Shown: positions 38,953 to 52,752 of the stretch, piece after piece | How the letters are laid out: every line of letters starts with the position of its first letter | Numbering within the stretch: the stretch's first letter is position 1 | DNA from: Callorhinchus milii | Lineage: Eukaryota | Reading direction: 5' to 3' | Length of the DNA: 64,000 nt | NCBI RefSeq assembly: GCF_018977255.1 | Contig: NW_024704746.1 | Coordinates: forward strand, 29,698,001 to 29,762,000 | Translations under genes and position numbers: made by a program | Notes under the pieces: generated by a model | Databases searched by the model: none | Told to the model about the DNA's origin: nothing | Seen by the model: the letters and a program-made list of their open reading frames with translations, nothing else

Positions 38953-38974
38953 AATAAATAAATTACACAATAAA
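38953..38974 (+). terminator. Candidate proximal polyadenylation signals of PARP11
   Basis: AATAAA at 38953 and 38969, ~110 nt after the stop; usage not shown by sequence. Confidence 0.4.
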
Positions 38975-39557
38975 ATGGCAATAATAATGTAAAATTTGGG
39001 ATCTAAGGGTTATGTTGAGGAATGTTACCTAATCACATAACAGCTGAGAAAAAAGTTAATCTTATTTTAAAGACTATTTTATGCAAAAAATGTCTGCACT
39101 TTCTTTGCTTTTTACCACTATCAGTTGTGAGTGTTGTCCTTTATAAAGCCAGAGTGACTTCTGATGCAACAGGATGTGTATGTATGGCCATCTCTGACTA
39201 TTAATAGTCTCAGCATTGATATTAGAATGACAGCAAGTGCAGATCGACAAGACACCTGCACAAACCAGGGGGAAAATACACTAATAATCTAGAGTTAACA
39301 ACAGTGATAAATGAGGTAGAAAACATTAATACCTTGAAAACGTTCTAACACGTGAACTTCACTATTCAAATTTTGGAGCCTGACTTTTCTTTCTGTTCAT
39401 TGACATGTACGCCATCCCAAATTAACATTAACACAATAAGCATGGACCTGCCTGTTAAAAACACTGTTATCTTCTGGTTATATTTTCCATGCTATGTTTC
39501 CATCATGTTAATATCTGTTTAAAGACTTTCTAAGCATTTGGTTCCATCACTTTGTCC

Positions 39558-39820
39558 CTTATTCCAGGCAGAGGGTGAAACCTTGGGCAAGTTTCCTTAC
39601 TCCACACAGAGCCTAATAATAATCCCTCCAAAACCCAAAACAATAATAAATTGGTCATTTTCAATCTACGACTGTTTGTGGGACATTGCTGTGCGCAATT
39701 GGCTGCTGCATTTGCCCACAAATATACAGTCAATTCACTTTACAGTGTGTTCTGTGAAGCGCTTTGGGACGTCCTCCTGACGTGAAAAGCGCTATATCAA
39801 ATGCAAGGATTATTATTATT
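39558..39820 (+). mobile_element. 5'-truncated SINE of the same family downstream of PARP11
   Basis: ccttgggcaagtttccttactccac...gcgctatatcaaatgcaaggattattatt. Confidence 0.9.
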
Positions 39821-40515
39821 TCAGTATGAAGTTTCTGATCTGATAATGGGTTTCAAAAATAGATCCACATCACTCAGATTGTACTCACGATTCATAGCGA
39901 GTTATTTCAGAGTACAGTACTTGTTCCATGACACAAAGATCTGTTGAATCTGATCTTCCTGTTTTCCATTTTTTCGATCAAGTGATTGATAGTTACTTTT
40001 CACCAACCCGAAGAGAGAGGTTAAAACATTTATGAATCCCAAAGTACTTACAATGTTTTCCACAGGAAATATTTGCTCTCAATTAAGACCTTAAAACATC
40101 TTCCTAATATTATTAGCCATGATCTTACCGATTTGCAAAATAAATTGATGCGTCTTTGTTTGCAGATTATGTTACTACCATGCAGTGAAAAGATTCTCAG
40201 CAGAATGAAGATAGCATCCCAAGAGCGACTATGTTCACTACAGTGCTGAAGGCAGGACACGGTGCTGCTGTCTATTGCTCACAAAGATCTTTCAAGCAAA
40301 TGGATCTCCTCTTTTGACAACTGGACTTACAACACTCCTTCAGCAAGTGGTCATGACTTTAAAAAAGGAAGCAAGACCAAACTGACAGTTGCTTGCATCC
40401 CACCTACTCATATGAATTCCTGTGATAAATTAGTAGAGGGGCAACTTGAGAGACTTAAGTTATTACAAAATTAAAAAAGCTGATTAGAAAACTTTCCATG
40501 ACGTTGCTGGCCAGT

Positions 40516-40706
40516 ATTTTTTTGTTAGCCGGGTGTTTGACACGTGAAGAAACCCATCACCGTGCTTAGAAGTACCCAAACCAGACCGAGGGAATCGTGC
40601 TGTTTATCTAATTCCCGACAGTATTAGGCGCAGGTCGGCAGAGCCAAGGGTTGGAGACAGAGTGTGTGTTGGAGTATTGCTGGAGTCTAACCAGCTAAAA
40701 CTGCAG
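40516..40706 (+). repeat. Unclassified interspersed repeat (other copies ~19960-20125, 25800-25906, 55127-55197, 58355-58430)
   Basis: Shared agctgggtgtctgacac...catcaccatgcttaagaatacccaaaccagac and gagccaaggcttgg...tgctggagtctgaccagctaaa blocks. Confidence 0.75.
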
Positions 40707-42234
40707 AGCTCGCCATTAATACCATTATGCACCTTAACTGAATGTATTGAATTTTCTGTGTCCAGATTTATTTTTAATTGATTTGGGTTTGGTTCACAGT
40801 TAAATATTGGTTTAATCTGACAATTGAGAGCACTGCTTGGGCAGCAGAAAATAACAAATTACAGCATTTGTGCAGCATTTTGGACAAAGGAAATTGGTGA
40901 AGTCCCAAAACAGGTGGGATTAGGTGGGTACGAATCTATTTATAAATTTTGCACTATTTATTACCTGCACTAAATTCCAAAAATTCAATGAGTAATGTTT
41001 CTTTCCTTGTGTTTTTGTTCTTTTGTGTCTGTCTTGCCGTTTGAGCAATTTAATGTACGAATGATGTTTATTTTCGGATTGTCCTGGTATACAGTGAGTC
41101 TAACCAGGGCTCAGCGTCTCATTTGAAAATATGAAAAGCCTATTCAGATTCCAAGATTGAGACAGCTGTTTTTTTTACACACAATGCAAGGATTGTTAAC
41201 TTTAAATTGATATAAATGATCAGGAAATGGCTGTAACAGCCCACTTGATTAAATAAAGGGTATCATACGTTTTGCCTTCAGTTCTGCTCATTGTCGAAAA
41301 GGAACTCTAGAGGGCAGTCAAATACTTGAATTTCCACAACTGTTTTTCTTTGAAGCAAACGCCTTTAACAGATTGCTTTTGTATCAAGTATTTTGTCAGG
41401 TTACAAGCGCAAAAAAAACTTTCTTAAGTATTTGTTCAGCTATTAGTATGCTGTGTGTATGATTAGAATCTGAGTTCCATAACTAGTATAATCAAAGTTC
41501 ACTGAAATGCAAGTTTTGAAACCTCAGGGCATAAAAGGAATGTTCATACAAACGCCATGGGGACGGTAGATGTGTAGGGATATTTAAATTCAGTTATGAC
41601 CAATTTTCACACTTGCCTGACTTGATTGGATTCTTTTAAGTTTGTAAGAGCTGTGTGGACTGTAGTCCCGCCAGCTAATGTGCTAAATCGCAGGCTCACA
41701 CACAACTTCTAAACTGCAATTGTGCACAGATAATATAAACGTACTGTGTATTTAGGTAATGGGCTTCAGGATACATTCTTTCCATCCAAGCATTTTACTT
41801 GGTGTCAGAATTGCTTCCATTTGTTGCTCGTGATCTGAGCGTGAAGGAGTTATTTGCAGTTGTCCTGTCAAACAAGCGTGATGCTTTCTGATTACACTTA
41901 ATATGGACAGAAAATGCAAATTAATAGCAGATTTTCATTGATTTTTCTCCCCCTAGATTTTCTCTCTTTTTTAACATGAAAAATAGTTCCCCAAATATCG
42001 TGTTTTTATTTAATTAATAGGAAGTAGCTTTAATGGTCCAAATAGATATAAACACTATTTTACTGATCAGAAAAGCTCATTTTGTCATCTGTGAATGATG
42101 CGATTCTTTTCATACATCAGATATTTACAGTTCCCTCTGTTTACTCATCATTTAAAGTAAATAAAAGTTTTCAATGATAATTAGTAGTTCTGTGGCTAAA
42201 TCGTTGGATATGTTTGGAGAGAACCGAATAAGAG

Positions 42235-42440
42235 TAAAGATGATCAAAAAAAGACCTGATAGGCGTGTTTATGATTATGAAAGGATTTGATAAGATGAAT
42301 GTTAATAGACTTTGCATTGGGTGATTCCAAACCTAGAGGGCATAAATATAAGATAGCTGGTAGTGGATCTAATAGGGAATTTTAGGTGGAACTTTCTTTA
42401 CGCAGATGGTGAAGAAATGGGACAAATAGCCTTTTTCCAG
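42235..42440 (+). mobile_element. Decayed CR1-like RT C-terminal fragment
   Basis: gacctgatag..gtgtttatgattatgaaaggatttgataag...acctagagggcataaatataag (DLI.VF.IMKGFD...RGH). Confidence 0.6.
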
Positions 42441-45248
42441 GCTGAATCAACAACAACAACTTTCATTTATACTTTACCCTGCATGTCTGCTTCCCTCCAC
42501 AGCCATGCGAAACTGATCATTTTGTGAACTTCACTGCATTCCACCTATCTTGTGGGAATACTCTCAACAGGAGAGTAACACGGATCAAACCCAACATTGT
42601 TCTGCCAACTCTGTTGCCACCGTAATCAAATGTGATTTGTTGTACATTTATTAACCAACACATTTAAACAGCAGTACAAATAATTTAATCGAGGCATGTT
42701 ACAAACAACCGGAAAGAAAAAAAAGATAAAAAAAGTTTACTTAAAATGTAGAAATAAAGTGCTTCCAACATAAATACGATGCACTAAAATAGCATTTATT
42801 GACATATTTTAAAATCTCTTCACATGTACTGATTAGCTCTGAAGAACTCAGTACAAAATCTCACATATCATGTCATAGATAGAAGTCACCATGTTCAATG
42901 AACGCCACAATAGCTGTGGTTTGTGGTCAGCAGCAGCACCTACCCATTCTTTTGCAGTCATAACAAAAACATGTTTAATCCCGGATCTGATGAGAAAAAA
43001 AAATGACAAGTCAAAACCAAAATGAGTAATTGGAGGCAGAGCGCACCTAAATCTGCCTTGCGGTTTAGCATCGAGAATAATTTCATTTCCATTGGGGCCA
43101 AACTGATGTGCATCTGCTCAGAAAACGCACGAGTCATCAGCCATCTCAGTATCTCTCAGACTTCCAGTGAATTCATAAGAGTCCGGCCTGACATGTCAGT
43201 GCAGTGCTGGGGGTGTGCTACATTGGTTCAGGTGGGTTAAAGATCCCCTGGCACTATTTGAAAAGAGGAGGGAGTTTCTCCAGGTCAAAAATCACCCCCC
43301 ACTCCCATTAAACAAAAAGATAATTCGTTTTGTGACTGTTTTGGGGACATTGCAGTGCACAAATTAGCTGTCCTGTTCACCTACAAATTACACAGTCTCT
43401 ACACTTTATACTATACCCTGTGAAATGCTTTGAAATGTTATCCTGAAGTGAAAGGCAGTGTACCAAATGCAAGTATTATTATTATTGTTAAATCTCTGCC
43501 TTTGGTAAATGATAGCTTCCTATTGACTGAATGCTCAGTGTAAATTGGAGATTGTTGCTGAGCCTTTGGCTATTTTGTTCTTTCAGTCAGGAGAACATAT
43601 AGATGCAAACTACAGTCCTACTTTGGTTAAACTCTTTCGGTTTCGATTGCACCTATTATTTGGTAAGTCTGACACAGTGCAGAGGTTGCATTCAAGCAAC
43701 AGTATGACTGAGAGAAAGGGTGAGTTTATTCTTGACATTAATTAACGACATTAATTGATCAGGCTGCAAAATTCAGCAGCAGCAGCAGCAGAGAGAGGTA
43801 TTGAAAGGCAGAGTATTTTCCCACAGGTTACCTTGGAAATGTTGACTGAGCATTGCTCAAAGGCACTTAGAAAAAAAGGGGTTGATCTGATCTGATCTGC
43901 ACTGCACACACACACACACAGACATTGCATTGGTCCCCAGTCCCAACTCCCAGCCATTCATTGCTGAACACTGAGCTGAGCCCAGGAGCAAACCTTGAGC
44001 AAATAAACTGCTCCTTATTGAGGAACAACTGTGGGAAGTGGAGACAACTGTGGGCAAATCCAGAGATCCATCCTCAAAGCACATCTCACAGGCACAGTGA
44101 AGCCAGACAGCCATTTGGAAACACTGGAAAATAAGAGGTGAGAGTTCTTTCACATGGAGTATGATTGCCACGACTTAACTTTTTGTCTAAACAACCCACC
44201 TCTTGTGGTTTTGAGAGATCTGGGCTGTTTTTATGTGCAGTAGCAGGAAGTGTGCAATTCAGACTATGTTTTTTTTAAAAAAAGTCCACCTTGTCCCTAA
44301 AGTTTCAGAAGAAGTTAAGTGTTTGTTCAACTGCATTTGAATAACTTCTGCAATGGAAAATGTTTGGACATCAATTTCTATTTTGTATTAATGTGTATTA
44401 TTGCACTGTTATTGTAGTTCAGCGTTGATTCCTTTTTGCAGCAGCAGTGTGGATTACAAATTAGAGTAGCACTTATCACCCAAATTGAAGGGTTAATTTC
44501 TGCACACCTGCAACATGGTAATTTTATACAACGTCTTTCACATACACTGAACGTGTCAAAGCACCTTGCAGGAGGAGAATGATTGAAAAATAAATGAAGT
44601 GGGACATTGTTTATGTGAGTAATTAAGGCAACTTAATTTGGAACTTCTAAACAGCGTTCGATAAGAGGCCGAAATTTGGGGTGAAATTCTATGAGGGGGG
44701 AACAGAAACCAGGAAAATAATAATAATTAATAACCTTGCATTTGTTATAGCGGCTTATCACGTTGTTGAGACATTTCAAAGCGCTTCACAGAATATACTG
44801 CAAAGTGCACTGACTGTATATTTGGGGGTGAAAAGGATCAGCCACTTACTCATGGCAGTGTCCCACAAACAGTCGTGGATTGCGTGACCAAATTATTACT
44901 ATATTTACATAGTATATAGTGCCTTCCATATTGGGAGGATGCCTTAAAGTGCTTAAAGAGACCTGTATTCATGACTCAAGGGAAACAAAATATGATTTGC
45001 ACATAAATAAAGAGATCATAAACATTTAACATCGAATATTGTTTGAATGGGTAACGTGGCAATCAATCTGAGACAACAATATCCAAAAAAAACAAGATGA
45101 ATAATGACATTAGAATGAATTTTTACAGTGAATTTGAAGTTGGAACTAAAATCAAAACACATTTCACTTACATTGCAATATACAGGGAAGTATAATGAAA
45201 TTTCAGAAATTGAAGAGAAATTAAAAAGAAGTAGGCAATGGGAGCACT

Positions 45249-45375
45249 GAGTCCTGTAGCTCAGTGGTTAGAGCACTTGCCTTGGAAGCGAGAGACCTGG
45301 GTTGGATTCCCGGCAGGTCAGGGCGAAACCTTGGGCAAGTTTCCTTACTCCACACGCCTGATAATAATCCCTCAA
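45249..45375 (+). mobile_element. SINE 5' half (tRNA head + core)
   Basis: gagtcctgtagctcagtggttagagcac...ccttgggcaagtttccttactccacacgcc. Confidence 0.88.
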
Positions 45376-47974
45376 GAAAAAAAAACAATAATAATTTGAG
45401 CAAAGAAAGCAAGTGTGTGGGTGGGGGGAAACTGAAAGGGGTGTCCTGAAAGGCAGCCATTATTGTAGGTGGAGAGATATTAGCTCTACAGTATTAATAC
45501 AATATTAAGTGCTCTGGGATGCTACCCTGCGTGAGGGATGCTATATAAATGCAGGTTGTTGTTGTTACAATCCTGTCATACCTTTAGTTTTCTTGTTGAC
45601 TTCTTGGCTGTTAATATGGATTGAATACTGTGGGTTGAATGTGGCTGTACTCTCTCTAATCTTCACTGTCTAATCATTCATGGCTTGAGCCAAGACGGTT
45701 TGTACACAATTTTCCAATTTATGAAACAAATCTTAACATTTAATCTGGGGGTACAATACACCAAGAAATATGTTATACTATGTTTTGCATCTTATTCATT
45801 TTCCTAAATAATTTATTTCACTGTTGCAGTGACCAGAGCTACATGTCCTACTCTAGACAACAACAACAAATTACGCTTGTATAGGGCCCTTCTCGTCGGA
45901 AAGACATCCAAGGGCGCTAGACTAGGTGAAGCCTGATCAGACTAGGGATCTGAATTCAACTGATTTTGTAGGAGCCCAGCGTCCTGCTTGGTTTGTTTAT
46001 GCTGCCTCATACATTTTGATATGCTAAGCAATTGATTCAGCTAATTCCCTTAGGTGTCCTTCAAGTTCCCCCCCTTGGCAATTTCTATCCCATCCATGGG
46101 AGTGTTGGAGGAAAAAGTTATAAGCAATGATTAGACACACGAGGGCTCTTCAGTCTTGAAAGGAAACATCTCATAGGGACCTTGTGGAGGTACACAAGAT
46201 TTCAAATGGTACTGAGAAAGCAAACTCAGAACAATACTATGGGTTCACAGAGGCAGCAGAACAAGATGATACAGGTTTAGGGTTGCAAAAATAATCTGAA
46301 CCATTATTGCTATGTTTAAAAAGTGCAAAACGTGTGAATATATGAGACAATTTTCAACTGAGAAGCTTCTTGTATTTTACAGTATGATATTCCAACGGTT
46401 CACTATACCTGCTGCTTTATGTATAATGTTAAAATATATGAATTAGTGCTGAAATGAGGAATTAATGGACGCAATATAGAAACACTAAACATCACCTTAA
46501 TCCTTGCATTCAACACGTAAATGATCAGAATAGGTAAAATAGCACCATGCTATTTAAATGGAAATAACTGCAAGTAGTAGTCTGCTTAATCATTGAAGAC
46601 TTTTAGCAGCAGCCACTAAACTTCAAAGTGAAATAAGTGAAACATTGGGGGGGCTAAATCCATAACAGTGGGAGATGTGGGTTTGATGTTGCTCATAATG
46701 ACAGTTGCTGATCTCAAATAGACTGCTGTGAAGAGCCATTAAGCAGAGGTTAGGAATTGAGAATTGTTACAAACATAGTGGGTGGTTTCATGATAATAAT
46801 TCTTGAATTTGATATAGCACACAGCGTTTTTGAGATGTCTCAAAACACTTCACATTGTAAAGTAAATTAGCTGTATATTTTGTGGGTGAAACACGACAGC
46901 CAATTGCGCACTGCAGTGTCCCACAAACTTGAAGGCGTTTTCACTGGTGGGAAGACTGAACTTTTATCCCACATCAAGAAATGTTGAAAACAGATTTCCC
47001 ATGAATTTATTTTAAACCTGTGATGATTAAAATAACATGAAAACCGGAATCTAAAAAGTAATAATCATACACTGACTCTAATTATCAAATAATATTTTGT
47101 AAAATAAAATTCTGTAAAACCTGCCTCAGCGGTGACCGCTGGATAACTGCCAACAAAATTGCTATTTATTATTGTTATGCAAGTGGAATTTACTGGTGGG
47201 GAATTCTGAAATTACTGTTGGGGGAGTTCCTAAGAGCTGGTGGGGATGTAACAGGTAAAGGGAATTTTGAGCAATGCTGTTGTGTTGGTGGTGGTTCAGC
47301 CAATCCTAGAGTTTGTTTGACTTCCCTCGGGAATCGGGAAGAAATTTTGAGAAGATGGATAAATGGTACTTCCAGATAAATAGACAGGGAATAGTTAACT
47401 CACCCCTTGAATTTCAATCACATGATTTCTGTGAGCCAACTGTTTTCTTCTCTGCTCCAGGATGTTTGCAATTGTCTTTCACAGTCCATAACAGGTGTTA
47501 GTTACTGTCTTGTAAAATATTCTACTATATTTTGCTCAACGTCTTTCCAATCACAAGGTAGTTATTCCTTTCATTTGTGTTTTTGTAATTAATGTAAAGT
47601 AAAGCCACTCTACAGACTTTGAATGCAACAGAGTGTTTATTAGTGAAACAACAGCAAATTACATTTGTATAGCGCCTTTCACATCAGGAGGATGTCCCGA
47701 GGCGCTGAACAAATTGTCATAATGTTTCAAATGGGACTTTTGATAAATATTGTGCCCTCAGATAGAGAACATCAATATTCCAGGTATTTATCTGTTAGGC
47801 ATGGCAAACCTCTTACTGTGAGGAATATTTTCCCCCAGATATTTTTTTGCACACTACACTGTTTGAATTTTTCCCCCGTTATCTTGTCAACCATCAAAGT
47901 TGGAGGCATTTTGTAATCCTCTTGCAAATCATTCTGTGGTCTGGGTTTGTTTCGTGTCTTAAGTAATCTTTTGC

Positions 47975-48014
47975 ATCACTTCTCGGCCTTTTAGCGAGGG
48001 TCAAGTGTGGTTTC
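47975..48014 (+). pseudogene. U2 snRNA 5' fragment (first 40 nt, degenerate)
   Basis: atcacttctcggccttttagcgagggtcaagtgtggtttc is 33/40 identical, ungapped, to recalled U2 5' end ATCGCTTCTCGGCCTTTTGGCTAAGATCAAGTGTAGTATC. Confidence 0.75.
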
Positions 48015-51000
48015 AAGTTGTTTTTAACAAGCCTGACCTTCTTTTCTATAACGGAAAGCAGCCGTGCAATTATATAATTCTTCCCAATTTTAGGCAACCA
48101 AGGAGAAGAATTCTCCCAGATGCTAAGTCAATGGGAGAATATACTTCCCCCTGACTCCCCCCACCAAAATTTTCTTGGGATACAGCACCAGATGAGATCT
48201 GGCAAGTATCTCATATTAGAATAATACTGGCTAATTTGTACAATTCACAGAAGGATTTGTAACGAGTGAGTCCTATAGACAGTGTTCCCCAATTGTCGCT
48301 CTCCATCTTGTTTTGGCACCTTCAGCAAATTTGAAGAGCTCGGTCATCTTAACTTTCAGGGTAAAATTCCACCTTGTTCTAGATTGATGTATGAATGTAG
48401 TGTTTCAGAGTGTTGAAAATATGTTAAATTCTTAAATATTACTAATTTTCAAGCTATTTTATGCAAGTACCTTTAAGAACTACATAACTTGGGCTGCAAA
48501 GTTAAAACTAAATTCAGCAATTTGCCAGTTTCTGCGTAATCTGAAATGCTATGCTAATAATAGAGTAAATCTAGACCCTCGTGGAATTCTACCCCCTCGT
48601 CCAAGTCCTTTACAGCCATTGTGTGTGACAATGCCTCTGTTTCTGTCAGAGGCAGTAATTAACTATTGAAGGTGTATTGTTTCCTTCTTATGGAGTCTTA
48701 CTTTCCTGGACTATTGTGTTTCAGGTTCAGTGCAATGTTAACCACAGCAATTGTTTTGCAACGTAGATTACATCTGCAAAAAAAGTGAACCCTCATGATG
48801 GTATCTCGATCATCAACAAAGCTAAAATAAATGTTGTTGCCCCTGCTGAGTTGGATGAACCACTGTGCCTTTCCACCCTGATTTGTTTACAGCAGCTTTT
48901 TGTCCTTTTCATGATGTTCACAACTGAAACCTATTCATTGCTGTGCTTTGTCACAATGTGCAACCAAATCCTCTACTGTACCTTGAGCAGGTTAGTTAGA
49001 TTCTGTATCAAAGAGATCCACAAGCAAACCAATTAGCATGACTCACTCCCATTCACAGAGCACAAACAGCCGTGGATTCACACGGTTCTTACCTGATAGG
49101 CAAGCAAATATCGCAGCATTCCCCATTCATAATGTAGACAGAAAGAAATCTCAAAGCCCTCCACACCATTGATTATAACGAGGCTGCACTTTTATGTTGC
49201 GCAGGGCCCCTGAAAATAGATTCGGTTGAGATTATAATACAATAATCCTTGCATTTGATATAGCACTTTATTGCATCTTTGAGACGTCTCAAAGTGCTTC
49301 ACAGAATATACTGTAAAGTAAATTAACTGTATATTTTGTGGGCGAAACCTGGCAGCCAATTGCACACAACAGTGTCCCACAAACAGTCGTTTATAAGTAG
49401 AAACGAAGCACTTGGGCCTTTTATTCTCCCAAATAAATCTGTTTTCATACAATGAATAATTCAACCTTTTAAGTGACGAAACCGCCTACTGAAAGTTAGG
49501 GCGTTAGACTTTAGTTCAATGACACTGATGTAAATTTGCATTAGTGGGTATGTTACTTCTAGTTGTGGCAGAATGGTGGAGCAGTTCAAGAACAAACAGG
49601 TGAAGCATGTTTTCTACGGCATTTACCATATGGCTGTCAAGATACAAAATGGCAAAGAAAGTCAAGATTTTGAATTACAAAAGACGAAGGGTAAATTGAC
49701 TTCAATTGAAATTGAAAACTGATAGCATTTGTCACCTGCGTTGCCACATTTGTATGCACTGTCTTTGAAGGAGCACTGTCGATTCAAAGTATTTTTTTTC
49801 TTTGACACCTTGTGTCGTGTCACAAACTATATACTGTATCCCGAGATATTATTGTCAAGCAGAAACCTATCTAATTTGTTCTCTCACAAACAACAACAAA
49901 TTGAACATTGGGAACGGATTCAGGAGTATAGTCAATTCACTTTACAGTGTGTTCTGTGAAGCGCTTTGGGACGTCCTCCCGACGTGAAAAGCGCTATATC
50001 AAATGCAAGGATTATTATTATTATTATAGAAAAAGTGTGACATTGTCTCCAAATGCAAAGATAAGAGTAGCTTAAACTGGTAGATTTCTCCACATTGCTT
50101 CTGGAAAAAGAGGACTGAAAATAAAGTGGGTTTGGTAGTGGGTACAGGTTCCATAGAGGATGCGTCAGTTTATGCTCATTGATGTTCTGCAAAGAGATAG
50201 TCATGTAAAATAGATTTTAATCAAGTCAAAATCCTTGATGTAGATCAAAGGGTTTGAACTGGGAGCAATTGGAGCCAGTGTAATAATCGAGGGAGAATAT
50301 TTTTAATTAAAATGACTCATCAAGGTTATGCTAAAGATGGGAATGAGTTCCGTTGTTTCAGATTCTCTCCATGTATATGTAACGGGGGAAATTGACCATA
50401 TTTAAGGAGTCAAAGTCCCGATGATGTGAATGTCTGGGAACAAAGACCTGTAATTGTTTTTTTTGCTTTGTCAGTTGTTTACCTTTAACTATCTCTCTTC
50501 CCATTCTTCTCCTCTGAAACTACACTGAGTACATTGCATTTCAACCCATGCACATTCCAGATGGGTCCCTGGTTGATTTTCTCCTCCTGAACCTGGGTGC
50601 TGAAGACAATTGAGGCACCCTAACTGCTGTCCTAATAATCCTATAATAATCCTTGCATTATTCTATCAAATATGTATTCTATCCTTCAAGATGTCTCAAA
50701 GCTCTGCACAGGATATTCTGTAACGTGGCAACTAATTGCGCACATATTGTCTTGGTTGATATGAGCTAATTCAGCACAGATTTGAACCTGTAACCTTGGC
50801 CTTGTACGGTAAGAATGTCCGCAATGCTATCATGGAGCCATACAAAACCCTATTTTTTATCCCTTTGAATTGGAAAGAATCAATGCGTTGCAAAGGGAGA
50901 GCCCAGCTCAATTCCGTCATCTCAAATTGCGATGTGCATATTTGTTCTTGAAAAAGGCATGAAGGAAGTGCAATTTGTCAGATCCAATAAAGAAACAAAT

Positions 51001-51659
51001 GGATAATCACAATTTAACAACGCAGAGTGAGATCTATAGATTGGTAAAAATAAATCAGGTCATCCCTCGTATGTTGCAACTTTTTATGCTCCATTTCCGC
51101 TGATATTTTGAGACTGCATTGTGATCCATTTCCAAAAGTTCAGAATTTCAATGCCATTCGTAAGTGCTATGTAAATTTTCTTTTATACATTTTGTTTTCT
51201 CCTTCAGTACCTCATCAAATTGGCCTGGGATTTGGTCCATTAGTGCTGTTAGGGTTGTCTTGGAGACAGTTACATCTCCATTATTAGTCAGTTTTGTAAA
51301 TGGACAAAAGAAAGAGGGCAACATAAGGGCTAGTGTCTCTTTTAAGAATGAACATCCTATTTTTGTCGTTGTTCAAATTTTAGCAAGTTCTTCTTTTTCA
51401 TTTGGTCACGTGTATGGCCAATTATCTTGCACGCTCCTGTGATGGAAGTATATTTTCGCCAAATAATGTTCATATTTGAAATTGCATATGATCAGCACAT
51501 GAAATCGCTGACTAAATAATGTGGGTAGAAATCAATGAGTAATAATAATCGTTTCATTTGGATGTCAAGACATCTCAAAACGCTTCATTGTATTTATTGT
51601 AAAGCTACGATAAAACTGAAGGATAAGATTATTGTCACATTGGGATAATGACTGTGTCT

Positions 51660-52437
51660 TCATTCAGAACTCTGCCGCCCACATACTGACCCGGACCAAA
51701 TTCCATACACACATCTGACCAGTTCTGGCCCAGGCTACATTGGCTTCCCATCACCGAATCGATCGACTTCAAGATCCTCACACTTGTGTTTAAATCCCTT
51801 CGCTCTTTGTCATCTCCCCACCTCTCTGACCTCCTCACTCTCCAATTCAACACCTGGAGCCTCCGCTCGACTGGCACCGGCCTCCTGCTCGTTCCTCGCA
51901 GCCTCCTCCCCACCATCGAAGGTCATGCATTCAGTCACTATGCCCCGAAATCTTGGAACAATCTCCCTCAATCTCTCCGCCTTGCCCCCTTTCTCCCCTT
52001 TTTTCAACTCCCCACCTGAAATTTCAAGATCCTCACCCTCGTATTCAAGGCTCTGCACCCCCCTACCTCTCTGATCTCCTCTCCTTTCAGCACAGTACCC
52101 GTTGCCTTCGTTCCTCCGGGTCTGGCCTCCTCCTTGTCCCCCGAGTCCTCTGCTCCACCCTCGGCGGCCGTGCCTTCAGCCACTACTCCCCGAGGCTCTG
52201 GAACTCCCTTCATCACTCCCTTCATCTCGCTCCCTCCCTTTCCATTTTCGGGTCTCTGCTGAAGACCTTTCTTTTCGACCGCGCCTTTAGTCACCTTCCC
52301 CCCCTCCCCCTCCCCCTGGCTCGGTCCTGGGATTGGTTACTGCGAAGCACTCTGAGACGCCGTCCGGCGTGGAGGGTGCTATATAAATCCAAGCTGTCGT
52401 TGTTGAAAGGCTTCCTCTTCGACCGTGCTTTGACCAT
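51660..52437 (+). mobile_element. L2 LINE 3' fragments with an internally repeated segment
   Basis: ttcaagatcctcac segment at ~51768 and again at ~52023; RAFSHY.P..WN twice; (gtt)n tail at ~52400. Confidence 0.88.
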
Positions 52438-52752
52438 GTTTTGGGTCAGGAAAACGTCTCAAAGTGCTTCTCGCAATTTACGGTAAAGTGTGGTGACTGT
52501 GTATTTTGTCCACCTGAACAAGCAGACAGGACTTCTGTTTAACATTCATTTGAGGGATGGTACCTTCAACTATGCAGTGGCCCTCACCACTGCACGAGAA
52601 TGTCAACCTACACTATGATTTCAAAGTTTTAACCTACAATCTCTGATTCAGAGCCCAAAACACTGACAATTGAACCAGGCTGACATCATTATGGGACTTA
52701 TTTGAAAAGTTCTGTAGTTTAATAACACAAATTCTGTAGCTTAGTGGTAGCT

